Source of the DNA: Candidatus Margulisiibacteriota bacterium
GTDB taxonomy: Bacteria; Margulisbacteria; Termititenacia; Termititenacales; Termititenacaceae
Reading direction: 5' to 3'
NCBI GenBank assembly: GCA_031279305.1
Contig: JAITIS010000045.1
Coordinates: 1 to 48,253 of the forward strand
DNA length: 48,253 bases
Made by a program: the position numbers and the translations under genes. Below the pieces are notes generated by a model that saw nothing but the letters and a program-made list of their open reading frames with translations, was not told the origin of the DNA and ran no database searches. Of the stretch, positions 9,458-19,416 are shown piece after piece (position 1 is the first letter of the stretch; the number at the start of each line of letters is the position of its first letter).

Positions 9458-10648
9458 ATGACAGCGCGGGTGATAGTCGGCACGCAGTGGGGCGATGAAG
9501 GCAAAGGCAAGATTACAGATATTCTGGCGGAGAATGCCGATATAGTCGTGCGTTATCAGGGCGGCAACAATGCTGGCCATACAGTTATTGCCAGAAGCGA
9601 GGTTTTCAAGCTGCATTTGATACCTTCAGGCATTCTTTTTCCAGATACAGTCTGTGTCATTGGCAACGGCGTGGTCGTCGATCCAGAAGCGCTGCTCGCG
9701 GAAATAAATATGCTGCGCGGCCGCGGCGTAAAAATCACGCCGGACAATCTCAAAATCTCCTCGGCGGCGCATATCATACTGGCCGCGTATAAAACTAAAG
9801 ATTTGCAGCAGGAAGCCGGCCGGGAGAAAAAAATTGGCACCACCGGCCGCGGCATCGGTCCGGCTTATACGGCCAAAATCGACCGCTCCGGCATCCGTAT
9901 GGAAGTTTTTCTGCGCGCTGAACCGCCGGCGGAATTGCGGAAATTTCAGGCGGAGTTAAAGCCGTATATTATCGACAGTATAAAATATCTCGATGAAGCT
10001 CTGACGCGGGGTAAAAATATTTTATTGGAGGGAGCGCAGGGCACAATGCTCGACGTCGATCACGGGACATATCCTTTTGTTACCTCGTCCAATCCGACAG
10101 CCGGCGGCGCCTGCACCGGTTCCGGTATCGGCCCGACGAAAATCGACGAGGTCTGGGGCGTGGTCAAAGCTTATTCGACCAGAGTGGGCGAAGGGCCTTT
10201 TCCCACGGAGCTGTTTGATAAAGACGGTGAATATTTGCGCGCGGCAGGCGGTGAGTATGGCACGACTACCGGGCGCGCGCGGCGCTGCGGCTGGTTCGAT
10301 GCCGTGGTGGTCAAACACGCTGTCCGGGTCAATGGCCTGACCGATCTGGTGATCACCAAGCTGGATGTGCTGGATAAACTACCCCGGATAAAAATCTGTG
10401 CCGCCTATGAAATAGACGGCAGGACAATCACGGATTTGCCCACGGATCTGGAACTTTTCACCAAAGCCAGACCGGTTTACACAGAATTGGACGGCTGGCA
10501 AAAGAACACGACCGGCTGCCGCTCTTTTTCCGATCTGCCGGCCGGAGCCTTAAAATATATTGCTAAACTTCAGGATTTGCTTGATGTCAAAATTACGTTG
10601 GTCTCGACAGGACCAGACCGCGTTCAGGCGATGCGCCGGGATATTTAG
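9458..10648 (+). CDS. purA: Adenylosuccinate synthetase
   Basis: GTQWGDEGKGK P-loop, GGNNAGHT, TTGRGIGPAY. I prefer the ATG at 9458 (GGAGCGG 7 nt upstream) over the tracked TTG at 9443. Confidence 0.95.
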   Translation: MTARVIVGTQWGDEGKGKITDILAENADIVVRYQGGNNAGHTVIARSEVFKLHLIPSGILFPDTVCVIGNGVVVDPEALLAEINMLRGRGVKITPDNLKISSAAHIILAAYKTKDLQQEAGREKKIGTTGRGIGPAYTAKIDRSGIRMEVFLRAEPPAELRKFQAELKPYIIDSIKYLDEALTRGKNILLEGAQGTMLDVDHGTYPFVTSSNPTAGGACTGSGIGPTKIDEVWGVVKAYSTRVGEGPFPTELFDKDGEYLRAAGGEYGTTTGRARRCGWFDAVVVKHAVRVNGLTDLVITKLDVLDKLPRIKICAAYEIDGRTITDLPTDLELFTKARPVYTELDGWQKNTTGCRSFSDLPAGALKYIAKLQDLLDVKITLVSTGPDRVQAMRRDI

Positions 10649-12007
10649 TTACCAGCGGCGGGGCTTGGGTTTCGGCCAGATATTTTCCAGCTCTTCCCAG
10701 TTGAACCGGCGGGTCAGATACATCACTAGCGCTACGACTATAAAAGCGGAGATAGAACCGATCAGCAGAGCGTAAGATTCAGCGTTGAGCACCGCATAAA
10801 GGAAAATATACATAATAGCCACAACTATGCCCATATACCAGTTTTTCCGCCAGTCCGGCAGCAGAGATCGGACATAAAGCGTCAGGGTAATAGTCACCGC
10901 CAGAGCCGAAGCAAAATACGCGGCAAAAAAATTGATCTGTTCCGAAAGAGACAGCAACAGCAAATAGAAAATAATATTTTCAATGCCGGCGAGCACATAG
11001 GAAACCGGATGAATATGTTTTTTGGCGAAAATCTCTAACAGGAACAGCGTAAAAAACGGCGCCGCCAAGAAAAGCACCGCGTATTTAACCGCGCGGGTAT
11101 TGATAGCGTAGGTATCCAGCACCCGCAGAAAATTCACGCCGAATAAAGAATCGTCAAAAACAGCGGTGTATCCTTCCCGCCAGAAAAGCGGAATATTCCG
11201 GCTGAGGTAACTGATATCCCACTGCGCGGTAAATCCTTTGTCTGTGATATGGGATTTATTCGGCAGAAACGAGCCCTGAAACGAAGGAGAGCGCCAGTCA
11301 GCGGTGATGTCTATATGATTGTCCTGTCCAATCGGCAGGATTTCCATTAGCTGGCCGCCCTGAATGGCAATGCTGATGGCAAAATCCGCTTTTTGATTGG
11401 TAAAATTAGGTATTTTGGCGTAAATGCCCGAACTGCCGCGCCGGAACAATTTATTATTCAGGCTGCCAGGCTGAAAGAAAAGCTCCTGATAATTAAACCT
11501 AGCGGTGTTTATTTTGCGTATGCCTTTTTGTCCAGACAGCGAGATGACCAGCGCCGCTTGATTGAAAAAAAGCCGCTCGTTGGGTTCCAGCGCGGCCAGC
11601 GCCATTGCCGGAGCGAAATTGCCGGTCAAGGTCATCTCGCCGTAAAACAACGGCACGGCAAAAATACCGCGCTTGCGCACCTCGGTCTTAAAGTCCGCGC
11701 TGATCCCCAGTTTTTGCGGCGCGATGGCCAGCGTGATCGGCGTGTGTTTGATCTCGACTTTTTCGCCTTCTTTTTCAGTCTTGACGCGCGCTTCGGTGGT
11801 GCGCACTCCCGGTATAACAATAATCGGACCGGCGGCGCTCAACTGTTTACCCCAAGCTTCCATTATATTGGCTTCTGCTTCTTTGGCGGTGTTGCCGCGC
11901 TCATAGACCAGCCCCCGAATCATAGAGGCGGGTATCTGAAGCAGGATGATTAAAAATACCAGCAGGCCAAACTTAAAAGTATAGGTATGGTGAAAATATT
12001 TAGCCAT
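10649..12007 (-). CDS. CreD-like inner-membrane protein
   Basis: N-terminal TM (FKFGLLVFLIILLQIP), IRGLVYER motif, a large soluble middle and about 5 C-terminal hydrophobic segments, as in CreD. Start moved to MAKYFHH (12007) because the tracked start would overlap ispH. Confidence 0.7.
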   Translation of the reverse strand: MAKYFHHTYTFKFGLLVFLIILLQIPASMIRGLVYERGNTAKEAEANIMEAWGKQLSAAGPIIVIPGVRTTEARVKTEKEGEKVEIKHTPITLAIAPQKLGISADFKTEVRKRGIFAVPLFYGEMTLTGNFAPAMALAALEPNERLFFNQAALVISLSGQKGIRKINTARFNYQELFFQPGSLNNKLFRRGSSGIYAKIPNFTNQKADFAISIAIQGGQLMEILPIGQDNHIDITADWRSPSFQGSFLPNKSHITDKGFTAQWDISYLSRNIPLFWREGYTAVFDDSLFGVNFLRVLDTYAINTRAVKYAVLFLAAPFFTLFLLEIFAKKHIHPVSYVLAGIENIIFYLLLLSLSEQINFFAAYFASALAVTITLTLYVRSLLPDWRKNWYMGIVVAIMYIFLYAVLNAESYALLIGSISAFIVVALVMYLTRRFNWEELENIWPKPKPRRW

Positions 12008-12021
12008 AGTATATAGATGGA

Positions 12022-12867
12022 TTATAACATAGCGTTTTGTAAAAAAGCCAAGCATTCCCGCACCAGATATTCCGGCGCGGAAGCTCCCGCCGTAAGTCCG
12101 ACTTTGCTGTACTGTTTTATCTCCGCCGGCAGTTCCCGGTAATTGTCCACCAGATAAGCCGGACGTCCCTGCGCCTCAACCACTTCTTTCAAACGCGCGG
12201 AGTTAGAGCTGTTGCGCGAGCCGATGATAACCACCGCTTCGGTTTTGGCCGCGATATTGCGCGCTGCCTCCTGTCTGGCCGCGGTCGCATAACAAATATC
12301 TTTCTGCGCCGGTTCGATCAATCCGGGGAAAATCTTTTTTATTTGCGCGATCAAGCCGGCGGTTTCCGTAATATTCAGCGTGGTTTGGGTCAGCGCCGCG
12401 TACTGTTTTTTGTCTCTGGGGATGAGCGGAATATCCGCGCTGTTCTCAATAATCGTAATGTTTTGCGGAGCTTCGCCGTAGACCCCGGCGGCTTCCTCGT
12501 GTTTGTGGTGGCCGATATAAATAATATATACTCCGTGTTTGGTAAATCCCAGCGCTTCCCGGTGCACTTTCTTAACCAGCGGACAGGTCGCGTCGATGAT
12601 TTGCAGATTGCGTTCCGCGGCCTGACGGCGGATATCCGGAGCGACGCCGTGCGCGCTGAAAACAATATGGCCGCCATTCGGAACGGCTTTTAAGTCTTTG
12701 ACAAAAACGACGCCTTTGTCCTGATAATTTTTAATGATCGTTTTGTTGTGGACAATCTCGTTCAAAACGGACAGCTTTAGCTTTTTGGCCAGCGCCTCGT
12801 CCAGCAGGTTCAGCGCATTCTGCACCCCGTTGCAAAATCCGCGTGGTTCGCTCAAAAAAACCTGCAT
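12022..12867 (-). CDS. ispH: 4-hydroxy-3-methylbut-2-enyl diphosphate reductase
   Basis: 281-aa ORF. The three cluster cysteines sit in the expected contexts (GFCNGV, DATCPLV, DICYAT), plus a GSRNSSNS motif. Confidence 0.93.
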   Translation of the reverse strand: MQVFLSEPRGFCNGVQNALNLLDEALAKKLKLSVLNEIVHNKTIIKNYQDKGVVFVKDLKAVPNGGHIVFSAHGVAPDIRRQAAERNLQIIDATCPLVKKVHREALGFTKHGVYIIYIGHHKHEEAAGVYGEAPQNITIIENSADIPLIPRDKKQYAALTQTTLNITETAGLIAQIKKIFPGLIEPAQKDICYATAARQEAARNIAAKTEAVVIIGSRNSSNSARLKEVVEAQGRPAYLVDNYRELPAEIKQYSKVGLTAGASAPEYLVRECLAFLQNAML

Positions 12868-12878
12868 TTTATACGCTT

Positions 12879-14075
12879 CTAAAAAACAAAACTGCTGTGC
12901 AGGACGTAGTAAGACTGTGGCTGGCGGCCTACTTCGTCACCCAGCTCCTCCGTGTAATAAACTAGGCCGGCGCGGTACCAGCCCAGATTGAAATTAAAGC
13001 CCAGCGTGGGATAACCTTGATTTAGCCCCATCCGCCAGCCGCACAGCCCGTAGTTTTGCTCCAAGCCGAAATGCAGTCTTTTGTACAGCGAGTTGTCCGG
13101 ATGAATGATATCCCAATCCGCGGCGTACACCGCGTCGGGCAGAATATAATGCAGAAACGCCAACCAGCCTTGCTTAAAAGGCGAAGCCTGCACAGCCAGA
13201 CCGGCGGTCATAGTCAGTGGAATCTGCTGGGTATAAGGGTATTCTTCCTGAAGTTTTTCAGAGTTAATATTGTCATAAGAAATGCCGTTTAAGCGGGTGA
13301 ATAAATTATGCGCCACAATGCCAATCTTGGTCGCGCCTAAAAAAGTCTCCGCCTCGCCCAGTACTCCAATATCCAGTCCCACGCCGCTGCCCGCGCGGAC
13401 ATTTAATCCACTGGGTGAATCTTCGTCTAATAAATCGATCGCTTCTACTTCCAGCGTCTCACCGCCGTCTTCGGCATTGTAAAGCGCGTAACGATTTATT
13501 TTTTTGAGAGTGAAACCGATCTGAAGATTGCGCAGGAAAAAATCCTCTGGATTGGCAACATAATTAGCCAGATCGACTTCATCCGCCCAAGTCAGCGAGG
13601 GAAACACCAGATCAAAATAACCGGAGGCCTCAAAACGCGGCGAGAGGCGGTTCAAAACTTTGGAGTCGAGCTGTCCGCCGGCGTAGGCTCCGATGGCCAA
13701 AGCTCCGATTTCCTCCGCGTCGAATACTATCCCGCTGGACCAATTGCCGCCCAGTCCCAGCGCGGTCGGAATTATCCGGCGGTAGGCTTCCACAGCGCTT
13801 TCCTTCTCCTCGCCCTCATTTAATTTGCGCAAAGCGCCCGGAGTTTCTGCGCCGTAATAAATGCTGTTGGGGAAAATAATAAACGGCGGCAGGGTAAGCG
13901 AGTGTTTTATTTTTACGGCGTGCGCGGGATTGTAGAAATAGGAATCTTCTTTATTGACCACGGCGCTGCCGGCCCCGCCCATAGCCATTCGCGCCGGGCT
14001 GCAATGCACCGCCGGCCGGGCGGCAGTGCTGCCTATCGTGCATAACATAAACAAAACCATTAAAAACTTTTTCAT
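12879..14075 (-). CDS. Outer-membrane beta-barrel protein candidate (FadL/TraF/PorV-like N-terminal motif)
   Basis: Signal peptide MKKFLMVLFMLCTIGSTAA. ARMAMGGAGSAVVNKEDSYFYNPA resembles the MGGAG...YNPAG motif of FadL-type barrels. Alternating hydrophobic pattern and a C-terminal aromatic (SSFVF). Confidence 0.55.
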   Translation of the reverse strand: MKKFLMVLFMLCTIGSTAARPAVHCSPARMAMGGAGSAVVNKEDSYFYNPAHAVKIKHSLTLPPFIIFPNSIYYGAETPGALRKLNEGEEKESAVEAYRRIIPTALGLGGNWSSGIVFDAEEIGALAIGAYAGGQLDSKVLNRLSPRFEASGYFDLVFPSLTWADEVDLANYVANPEDFFLRNLQIGFTLKKINRYALYNAEDGGETLEVEAIDLLDEDSPSGLNVRAGSGVGLDIGVLGEAETFLGATKIGIVAHNLFTRLNGISYDNINSEKLQEEYPYTQQIPLTMTAGLAVQASPFKQGWLAFLHYILPDAVYAADWDIIHPDNSLYKRLHFGLEQNYGLCGWRMGLNQGYPTLGFNFNLGWYRAGLVYYTEELGDEVGRQPQSYYVLHSSFVF

Positions 14076-14089
14076 AGATTATTTTCTCT

Positions 14090-14830
14090 TTACAAGCCAA
14101 AAATTGCCTGCACAATGCCCCAAGTGGTGGCCGGACTTATGCCTCCGGCTACGGTTATTGCATAATTTACATCTGTCATAGTTTTCTGCATCTCCCGAAA
14201 TGCTTTGGTGAGATCTTTGTTATTGGTGGCCAGCGCCAGCAATTCGCCGGCGCGGTTCACATAACGTATTGCTTCAGTGACATTGTCGCTGCCGCCGCAG
14301 ACGGCTTTATATTCGCTGGAAACATCATCCAAAATATTGAGGCTGGCGATCACAGCCTGCAGGCCGTCATCGCTGGGATCAAATGCCTGTTTGAGATTGG
14401 CGGTATGCGCGGCCAGCACAGCCAGCGCGCCGATCAGCTGATCAGACTTGTTATCCGGGGTTATGTTCAGAAAAATATCTCCAGCTTCGATGATCAGTCC
14501 GGTATTATTTTTGCGATGCATTAGCTTATCTAGTCTGATGATCGCGTTGTCCGGCAGAGTGTCGTCATCTAACGCCTCCAAGATAGAAGCCAAATCAAGA
14601 TCCGCTTTGCCTAGCAAAGCCTCGGCATAGATAATCCGGCCTTCCACGCTCCGGTCATCTTTGACCAGAGACAGCGCCTTGTCATATTTAGCTTCGTCGA
14701 GCGCTTGTCTAGCCGCTTCCGTGTTGCTGATATTCGGTTTGGGCGTAGCCCATTGCAGCGCATTGGTCTGACCACAGCCAGACAGACTAAGAGTCAAAAA
14801 TGCCAGCAAAAATAAAAAAATTTTTTTCAT
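14090..14830 (-). CDS. Hypothetical lipoprotein
   Basis: MKKIFLFLLAFLTLSLSGC lipobox. The rest is helical and TPR-like by eye. Start taken at the ATG (14830) rather than the tracked GTG (14842). Confidence 0.6.
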   Translation of the reverse strand: MKKIFLFLLAFLTLSLSGCGQTNALQWATPKPNISNTEAARQALDEAKYDKALSLVKDDRSVEGRIIYAEALLGKADLDLASILEALDDDTLPDNAIIRLDKLMHRKNNTGLIIEAGDIFLNITPDNKSDQLIGALAVLAAHTANLKQAFDPSDDGLQAVIASLNILDDVSSEYKAVCGGSDNVTEAIRYVNRAGELLALATNNKDLTKAFREMQKTMTDVNYAITVAGGISPATTWGIVQAIFGL

Positions 14831-14867
14831 TGACGCAGCCACTCAAATTATACAATAACCTCTACTT

Positions 14868-17315
14868 CTAAAACAGCTCAAGCTGGCCGGCCCCAGCGGG
14901 TTTTTCTAGCATAGCCAGCAGCAACTCGGCGCGTTTGGTGATCTCTTCCGGCAAACCGGCCAGTCTGGCGACATAGATGCCGTAACTGCCGCCGGCTGTT
15001 CCCGGCGCTACTTTGTGCAGAAAAACAATATCCTGTCCCTGCTCTGCCACCGAGACATTGTAGTTGTGAATATGCGGATACTGGCCGGCCAGCTGGGACA
15101 GCTCGTGGTAATGCGTGGCGAAAATCGTCTTGGCGCCCAGACGCAGATAAATATACTCCGAGAGCGCCCAAGCTATGGCCATCCCGTCATAAGTACTGGT
15201 GCCGCGGCCAACTTCATCCAGAATGATCAGGGAATTTTTAGTCGCGTTGCGCACGATATTAGCGGTCTCGGCCATTTCGACCATAAAAGTGGATTTGCCG
15301 GCAAAAAGATCATCGGTCGCGCCAACTCTGGTAAACAATCTGTCGATCAGCTCAAACTCCATTTTTTCCGCGGGCACATAGGAGCCGGCCTGCGCCATTA
15401 ACGCCAGCAAGGCAGTTTGCCGCATATAGGTGGACTTGCCGGACATATTGGGTCCAAAAAGCAGCATCAGACGGGTGGTTTCCGGCGACAATAACAGGTC
15501 GTTGGGGATGAATTGTTCCGCGCCGAGCGACTGTTCCACGGCCGGATGCCGGCCTTTGCGTATTTCTAATTTTCCGCCGGTGTTTTCCAGTATGACCGGC
15601 CGGACAAAATGTCTGGCCGCGGCGGTTTCCGCCAGCGCCAGCAGAACATCCAGCTCCGCCGCGGCTCCGGCGATCTTTTGAATGACTGGCGTGTGCTCCG
15701 CTATGCTCTGGCGCAGCGAGGCGAACAAAGTATATTCTAATTTTTCGGTTTTTGCTCCGGCATTGAGCATCGCTTCTTCTTTGGTTTTGAGTTCCGGCGT
15801 GATGTAACGCTCGGCGCCCGTCAAAGTCTGTTTGCGTATATAATCCGCCGGCACCAGATTTTTATTGGCGTTAGAAATTTCTATATAGTAGCCGAACACC
15901 GAATTGTAGCCGATTTTAAGTGATTTAATCCCGGTGCGTTCTTTTTCTTTGTTCTCCAGTTTAGCCAGCCAGTCTTTGCCTAGACGGGTTATGCGGCGCA
16001 GTTCATCTAGTTCGGCGTTATAGCCGTCGCGGAAAATGTTGCCTTCTTTAAGCTGCAGCGGCGGGTTTTCGACAATAGCCTGCTTAATAAGCGCACAGAT
16101 CTTTTGGCTAACCGTTTGATATTCCGGTTCGCGCAGAGCCAGCAGCGGCGGCGCGGAAAACTGCGCCAGCAGCGGCAGCAGATTTTGGATTGCCCGCAGG
16201 GACTCTTTGAGGCAGACCAGATCGCGCGCGTTGGCATTGCCGTTGGTGATTCGGCCGATGAGCCTTTCGATATCGTAAACATCTTTTAATAATTCCGCCA
16301 ATTCAGCGCGGGAGACCAGATCCGCCAGCAGTTCCGCGATCGCTTCATAACGCTCTGCGATGGCTTGGGGCGAGAGCAGGGGATAGCAGAGCCATTCTTT
16401 GAGCAGGCGGCTGCCCGGCGCGGTTTTGGTGCAGTCGAGCAGTCCGTAGAGCGAGCCGGACTTGTTGCCGGAGCGGATAGTTTCAGTAAGCTCCAGATTT
16501 TTCCGCGAGGCGCTGTCTAAATACATATAATTCTGCGGCAGATAGATAGTCAGTCTGGTCAGCTGTTTTAGCTCGGTTTTCTGCGCGGCTTTGAAATAAT
16601 TAAAAACCGCGGCGGCGGCCTGCAAGGCCAGCGGTTTGCCGGCCAGCTCAAAATCACGCGGATTGTCCGCCGGAAAATGTTTGAGCATATTTTGCGCCGC
16701 GCGCAGACCCGGCAGATCCACGCGGGTGGCGGGCGCCGCGGAGCCGGAAAGATCGCGCTCGCCGGTGTAAATGATCTCCGCCGGATCGATGCGCAGCAAC
16801 TCCGCGCGCAGATTGTCCAGCCCGTGCAGTTCGGTGGTTTTAAATACTCCGGTGGAAATATCCGCGAAAGCCAGACCGAAGGTTTCTGTTTCGCCCTGCA
16901 CTACCGCCGCCAGATAATTGGCCGCGCCGTCTAACAGCAGTTTTTCATCGATCAATGTGCCGGGCGTGATGATTTTGGTGACTTCGCGTTTAGTCAAGCC
17001 TTTAGCCAGCGCCGGGTCCTCGACCTGCTCGCAGATAGCCACTTTATAGCCTTTGCTTAGCAGACGCGAAATATAGTTTTCCGCCGCGTGATAGGGCACT
17101 CCGCACATCGGCATCCGCCTATCCGTGTCCTTGGGGCCGCGGCCGGTCAGAGTTAATTCCAGCTCGCGGGCTGCTGTTTCGGCGTCCCTGTAAAACATTT
17201 CATAAAAATCCCCCAGCCGAAAAAATAAAATAGCGTCTTGATGTTTTTTTTTGATGTCCAGATACTGGCGCATCATTGGTGTGGCTTCCCCGGATATTTG
17301 CAGCTGCGCCGGCAT
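14868..17315 (-). CDS. mutS: DNA mismatch repair protein MutS
   Basis: 815-aa ORF. TPMMRQYLDIK N-terminus, Walker A GPNMSGKST and LDEVGRGTSTYDG. Confidence 0.95.
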   Translation of the reverse strand: MPAQLQISGEATPMMRQYLDIKKKHQDAILFFRLGDFYEMFYRDAETAARELELTLTGRGPKDTDRRMPMCGVPYHAAENYISRLLSKGYKVAICEQVEDPALAKGLTKREVTKIITPGTLIDEKLLLDGAANYLAAVVQGETETFGLAFADISTGVFKTTELHGLDNLRAELLRIDPAEIIYTGERDLSGSAAPATRVDLPGLRAAQNMLKHFPADNPRDFELAGKPLALQAAAAVFNYFKAAQKTELKQLTRLTIYLPQNYMYLDSASRKNLELTETIRSGNKSGSLYGLLDCTKTAPGSRLLKEWLCYPLLSPQAIAERYEAIAELLADLVSRAELAELLKDVYDIERLIGRITNGNANARDLVCLKESLRAIQNLLPLLAQFSAPPLLALREPEYQTVSQKICALIKQAIVENPPLQLKEGNIFRDGYNAELDELRRITRLGKDWLAKLENKEKERTGIKSLKIGYNSVFGYYIEISNANKNLVPADYIRKQTLTGAERYITPELKTKEEAMLNAGAKTEKLEYTLFASLRQSIAEHTPVIQKIAGAAAELDVLLALAETAAARHFVRPVILENTGGKLEIRKGRHPAVEQSLGAEQFIPNDLLLSPETTRLMLLFGPNMSGKSTYMRQTALLALMAQAGSYVPAEKMEFELIDRLFTRVGATDDLFAGKSTFMVEMAETANIVRNATKNSLIILDEVGRGTSTYDGMAIAWALSEYIYLRLGAKTIFATHYHELSQLAGQYPHIHNYNVSVAEQGQDIVFLHKVAPGTAGGSYGIYVARLAGLPEEITKRAELLLAMLEKPAGAGQLELF

Positions 17316-17319
17316 AAAA

Positions 17320-18546
17320 CTAACGTTCCGGCGGCCAGTCGTGCCCGATGATCAGCGAAAAACTGATCTGATTGCTGTTTTGCGGGCGCGCTATTATGTT
17401 GTCCGGATTTAGATAAAGCTTACGCGCTAGAATATAAGCCTCATCTTCTAGTTTTTCGCCGTGCCAGTTAATAAGCACGGTTTCTTTATAATCAAAACGG
17501 CTGGCGTCTTTGGTTGCCCAGACTTGGTAGCCCAGCTGTTTAAGTTTGCGCGCGGCATTACGGCCAAAACCGCTGCGGCCGCTGCCGTTCAAAACCTCGA
17601 CGGACAGCTCCGGCGGTTTTTTGACCGGAGGCAGAACCGGGGTGTAAAACTCGTAGCCGTGAATAACCCGTCTGACCAGTTCCTGTGCGCGTTCCCAGTT
17701 GGGCTGCATATAGGCGATGCCGTCGATATAAACCGGCTCGCTGGGCAGGGTGACTATATCCAGATGGCCGAGCTGATAGGCTGCTCTGACCCGGGAGGCC
17801 AGATCAACGAACTGCGAGGCAGGGATATTGGTTTTGGCATATTTGGCCATTTTGAAAATCATCGTCGGCGCTTTGAAAATCACCCCGACACTCATTATCT
17901 TGCTGCCCACTGCCCGCAGGAATTTTTGCTGCCTGTCAATGCGGCCGAGGTCGGCGCGCGCGTCGCTGCGAAAACGCACATACTGCAGGGCTTTGCCGCC
18001 GTCTAACACCTGATAACCCGGATACAGATCGATGTAGAGATCGCCGGCGCGGTCAACATAATGCATTCTTCTTTCCACGTTGAGCGGAATGCCGCCTATC
18101 TGGTCGACCAGCTCTGCCACGCCGGACATATCCATTTCGACATAGTATGGGATCGGGATTTGCAGATAATTAGACAAGGCTTCGCGCATTAGTTTGGCTC
18201 CGCCGTAAGCGTAAGCGTGATTTATCTTGATCTGGCCGCGGCCCGGCACCGGCAGACGGCAGTCGCGGGGTATAGACAGCACGCCGATATATTTGGTGTA
18301 AGGGTTGATATTAACGACCATTATGCTGTCGGCGCGATGAATATTATCCTGCGCTCCGCCGTCGATGCCCATTACCAGAATATTGGTGTTGCTGGTGAAC
18401 TGCCGCTGGGGCAGAGACATAGTGAATATTTTTAGCACGGTGCCAAAATTTTGAATATTGGTTGAAAAAAACAGGCCGACTAACGCCGATATTATAGAAA
18501 TGACCGCGATGGTGAGCAGGATTTTCTTTTGCGCGCCGGTGAACAA
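17320..18546 (-). CDS. LCP (LytR-CpsA-Psr) family protein with LytR_C domain
   Basis: N-terminal TM, NILVMGIDGG...RADSIMVVNINP...VLSIPRD core, C-terminal VEVLNGSGRSGFGRNAARKLKQLGY. The only start that retains the TM is the TTG at 18546, which overlaps yqeK by 55 nt. Confidence 0.85.
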   Translation of the reverse strand: MFTGAQKKILLTIAVISIISALVGLFFSTNIQNFGTVLKIFTMSLPQRQFTSNTNILVMGIDGGAQDNIHRADSIMVVNINPYTKYIGVLSIPRDCRLPVPGRGQIKINHAYAYGGAKLMREALSNYLQIPIPYYVEMDMSGVAELVDQIGGIPLNVERRMHYVDRAGDLYIDLYPGYQVLDGGKALQYVRFRSDARADLGRIDRQQKFLRAVGSKIMSVGVIFKAPTMIFKMAKYAKTNIPASQFVDLASRVRAAYQLGHLDIVTLPSEPVYIDGIAYMQPNWERAQELVRRVIHGYEFYTPVLPPVKKPPELSVEVLNGSGRSGFGRNAARKLKQLGYQVWATKDASRFDYKETVLINWHGEKLEDEAYILARKLYLNPDNIIARPQNSNQISFSLIIGHDWPPER

Positions 18547-19067
18547 CTTTTAAGCCTTTTGTTTTTTAAGTATTTTAACACAGACCGCGCTTTGCTCAAG
18601 ACAGCCCGGTCTATATTTTTATCCCGCCTAAGCTGCCTGCGTATCTCTGCGGCCTTAGGATACGTCCGCCCCGGTTCCGTGTAGTCCGCTACATAAATTA
18701 TTTTTTCCAGTCTGCTCATCCGCGCGCGCCCGGCGGCGTGATTTTTGATAGCGTTTAACACATCCTTGTTTTGGATGCCAAACTCGTTTTGCGCCGCGCG
18801 CGCCCCCAGCAGACAGTGCAAAAGCGCCGGAGCGGCTTTATATTTTTTCGTTAAACGGAGATGATTATTTCGGGCTTTGGCCAGTAATTCGGCCTCGGTA
18901 TTTTCCCGCTCGCAGTCGTGCAGCAACCCGGCTAAATAAGCGTCGTCAGGATTGGCGCCGCAAAGGCCGGCTATTTCCGCAGCCCAGACAGCCACGCGCA
19001 GGGAATGATTGTAACGTTTAGGCGAGAGGCGGCGTTTAAGCCGCGGTTTTAGGCTGGTCGTTTTCAT
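18492..19067 (-). CDS. yqeK: HD-domain protein YqeK (Ap4A hydrolase family)
   Basis: 191-aa ORF with RYNHSLRVA...LLHDCERE...IKNH...DY pattern typical of YqeK-type HD proteins. Confidence 0.75.
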   Translation of the reverse strand: MKTTSLKPRLKRRLSPKRYNHSLRVAVWAAEIAGLCGANPDDAYLAGLLHDCERENTEAELLAKARNNHLRLTKKYKAAPALLHCLLGARAAQNEFGIQNKDVLNAIKNHAAGRARMSRLEKIIYVADYTEPGRTYPKAAEIRRQLRRDKNIDRAVLSKARSVLKYLKNKRLKSCSPARKRKSCSPSRSFL

Positions 19068-19362
19068 CCGTCAGGCTGGACTTGCGGGCATTAGCGTATT
19101 TCACCGTCAGAGTGCGCCCCTGTAACACCAGCTCCGGGGCGGTCTTGATGAAAATTTCCGGGTCTTTATTGACTATGTCGACGAAAGCGTAGCCCTTGGA
19201 GCGTCCGGTGTTTTTTTCTTTGACTATGCGCACATCCTTGACCTGCACGTTGGCCTGCGAGCTTAATAACATCGAGATGTCATCTGGCGAAGCCTTCCAC
19301 GGCACGTTTCCTATATATATGCTGGAAATTTTATTTTCGGGCTCAGACACAGCGCCTTCCAT
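19036..19362 (-). CDS. RRM-type RNA-binding protein
   Basis: RNP2 IYIGNV and RNP1 KGYAFVDI. Start placed at MEGAVSE (ATG 19362, GGGGGA 5 nt upstream). The longer tracked ORF would run through the gcvH promoter region. Confidence 0.8.
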   Translation of the reverse strand: MEGAVSEPENKISSIYIGNVPWKASPDDISMLLSSQANVQVKDVRIVKEKNTGRSKGYAFVDIVNKDPEIFIKTAPELVLQGRTLTVKYANARKSSLTDENDQPKTAA

Positions 19363-19387
19363 ATATCCCCCAATTAGAAGTAGCCAT

Positions 19388-19416
19388 ATTTTAATTTCCG
19401 TAAAATCGCTTGTCAA
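19388..19416 (-). promoter_or_regulatory. Sigma-70-type promoter of the RRM-yqeK-LCP-mutS gene string
   Basis: Minus strand TTGACA (19416-19411), 17 nt, TAAAAT (19393-19388), about 25 nt upstream of the RRM start. Confidence 0.5.

Noticed and set aside
8903-9616. 237-aa minus-strand ORF spanning the metE 3' end and the purA 5' end
   Set aside because: It is antisense to two unambiguous housekeeping genes. Its sequence is Arg/Gln/His/Phe-rich nonsense with no motif, as expected for the reverse frame of GC-biased codons.
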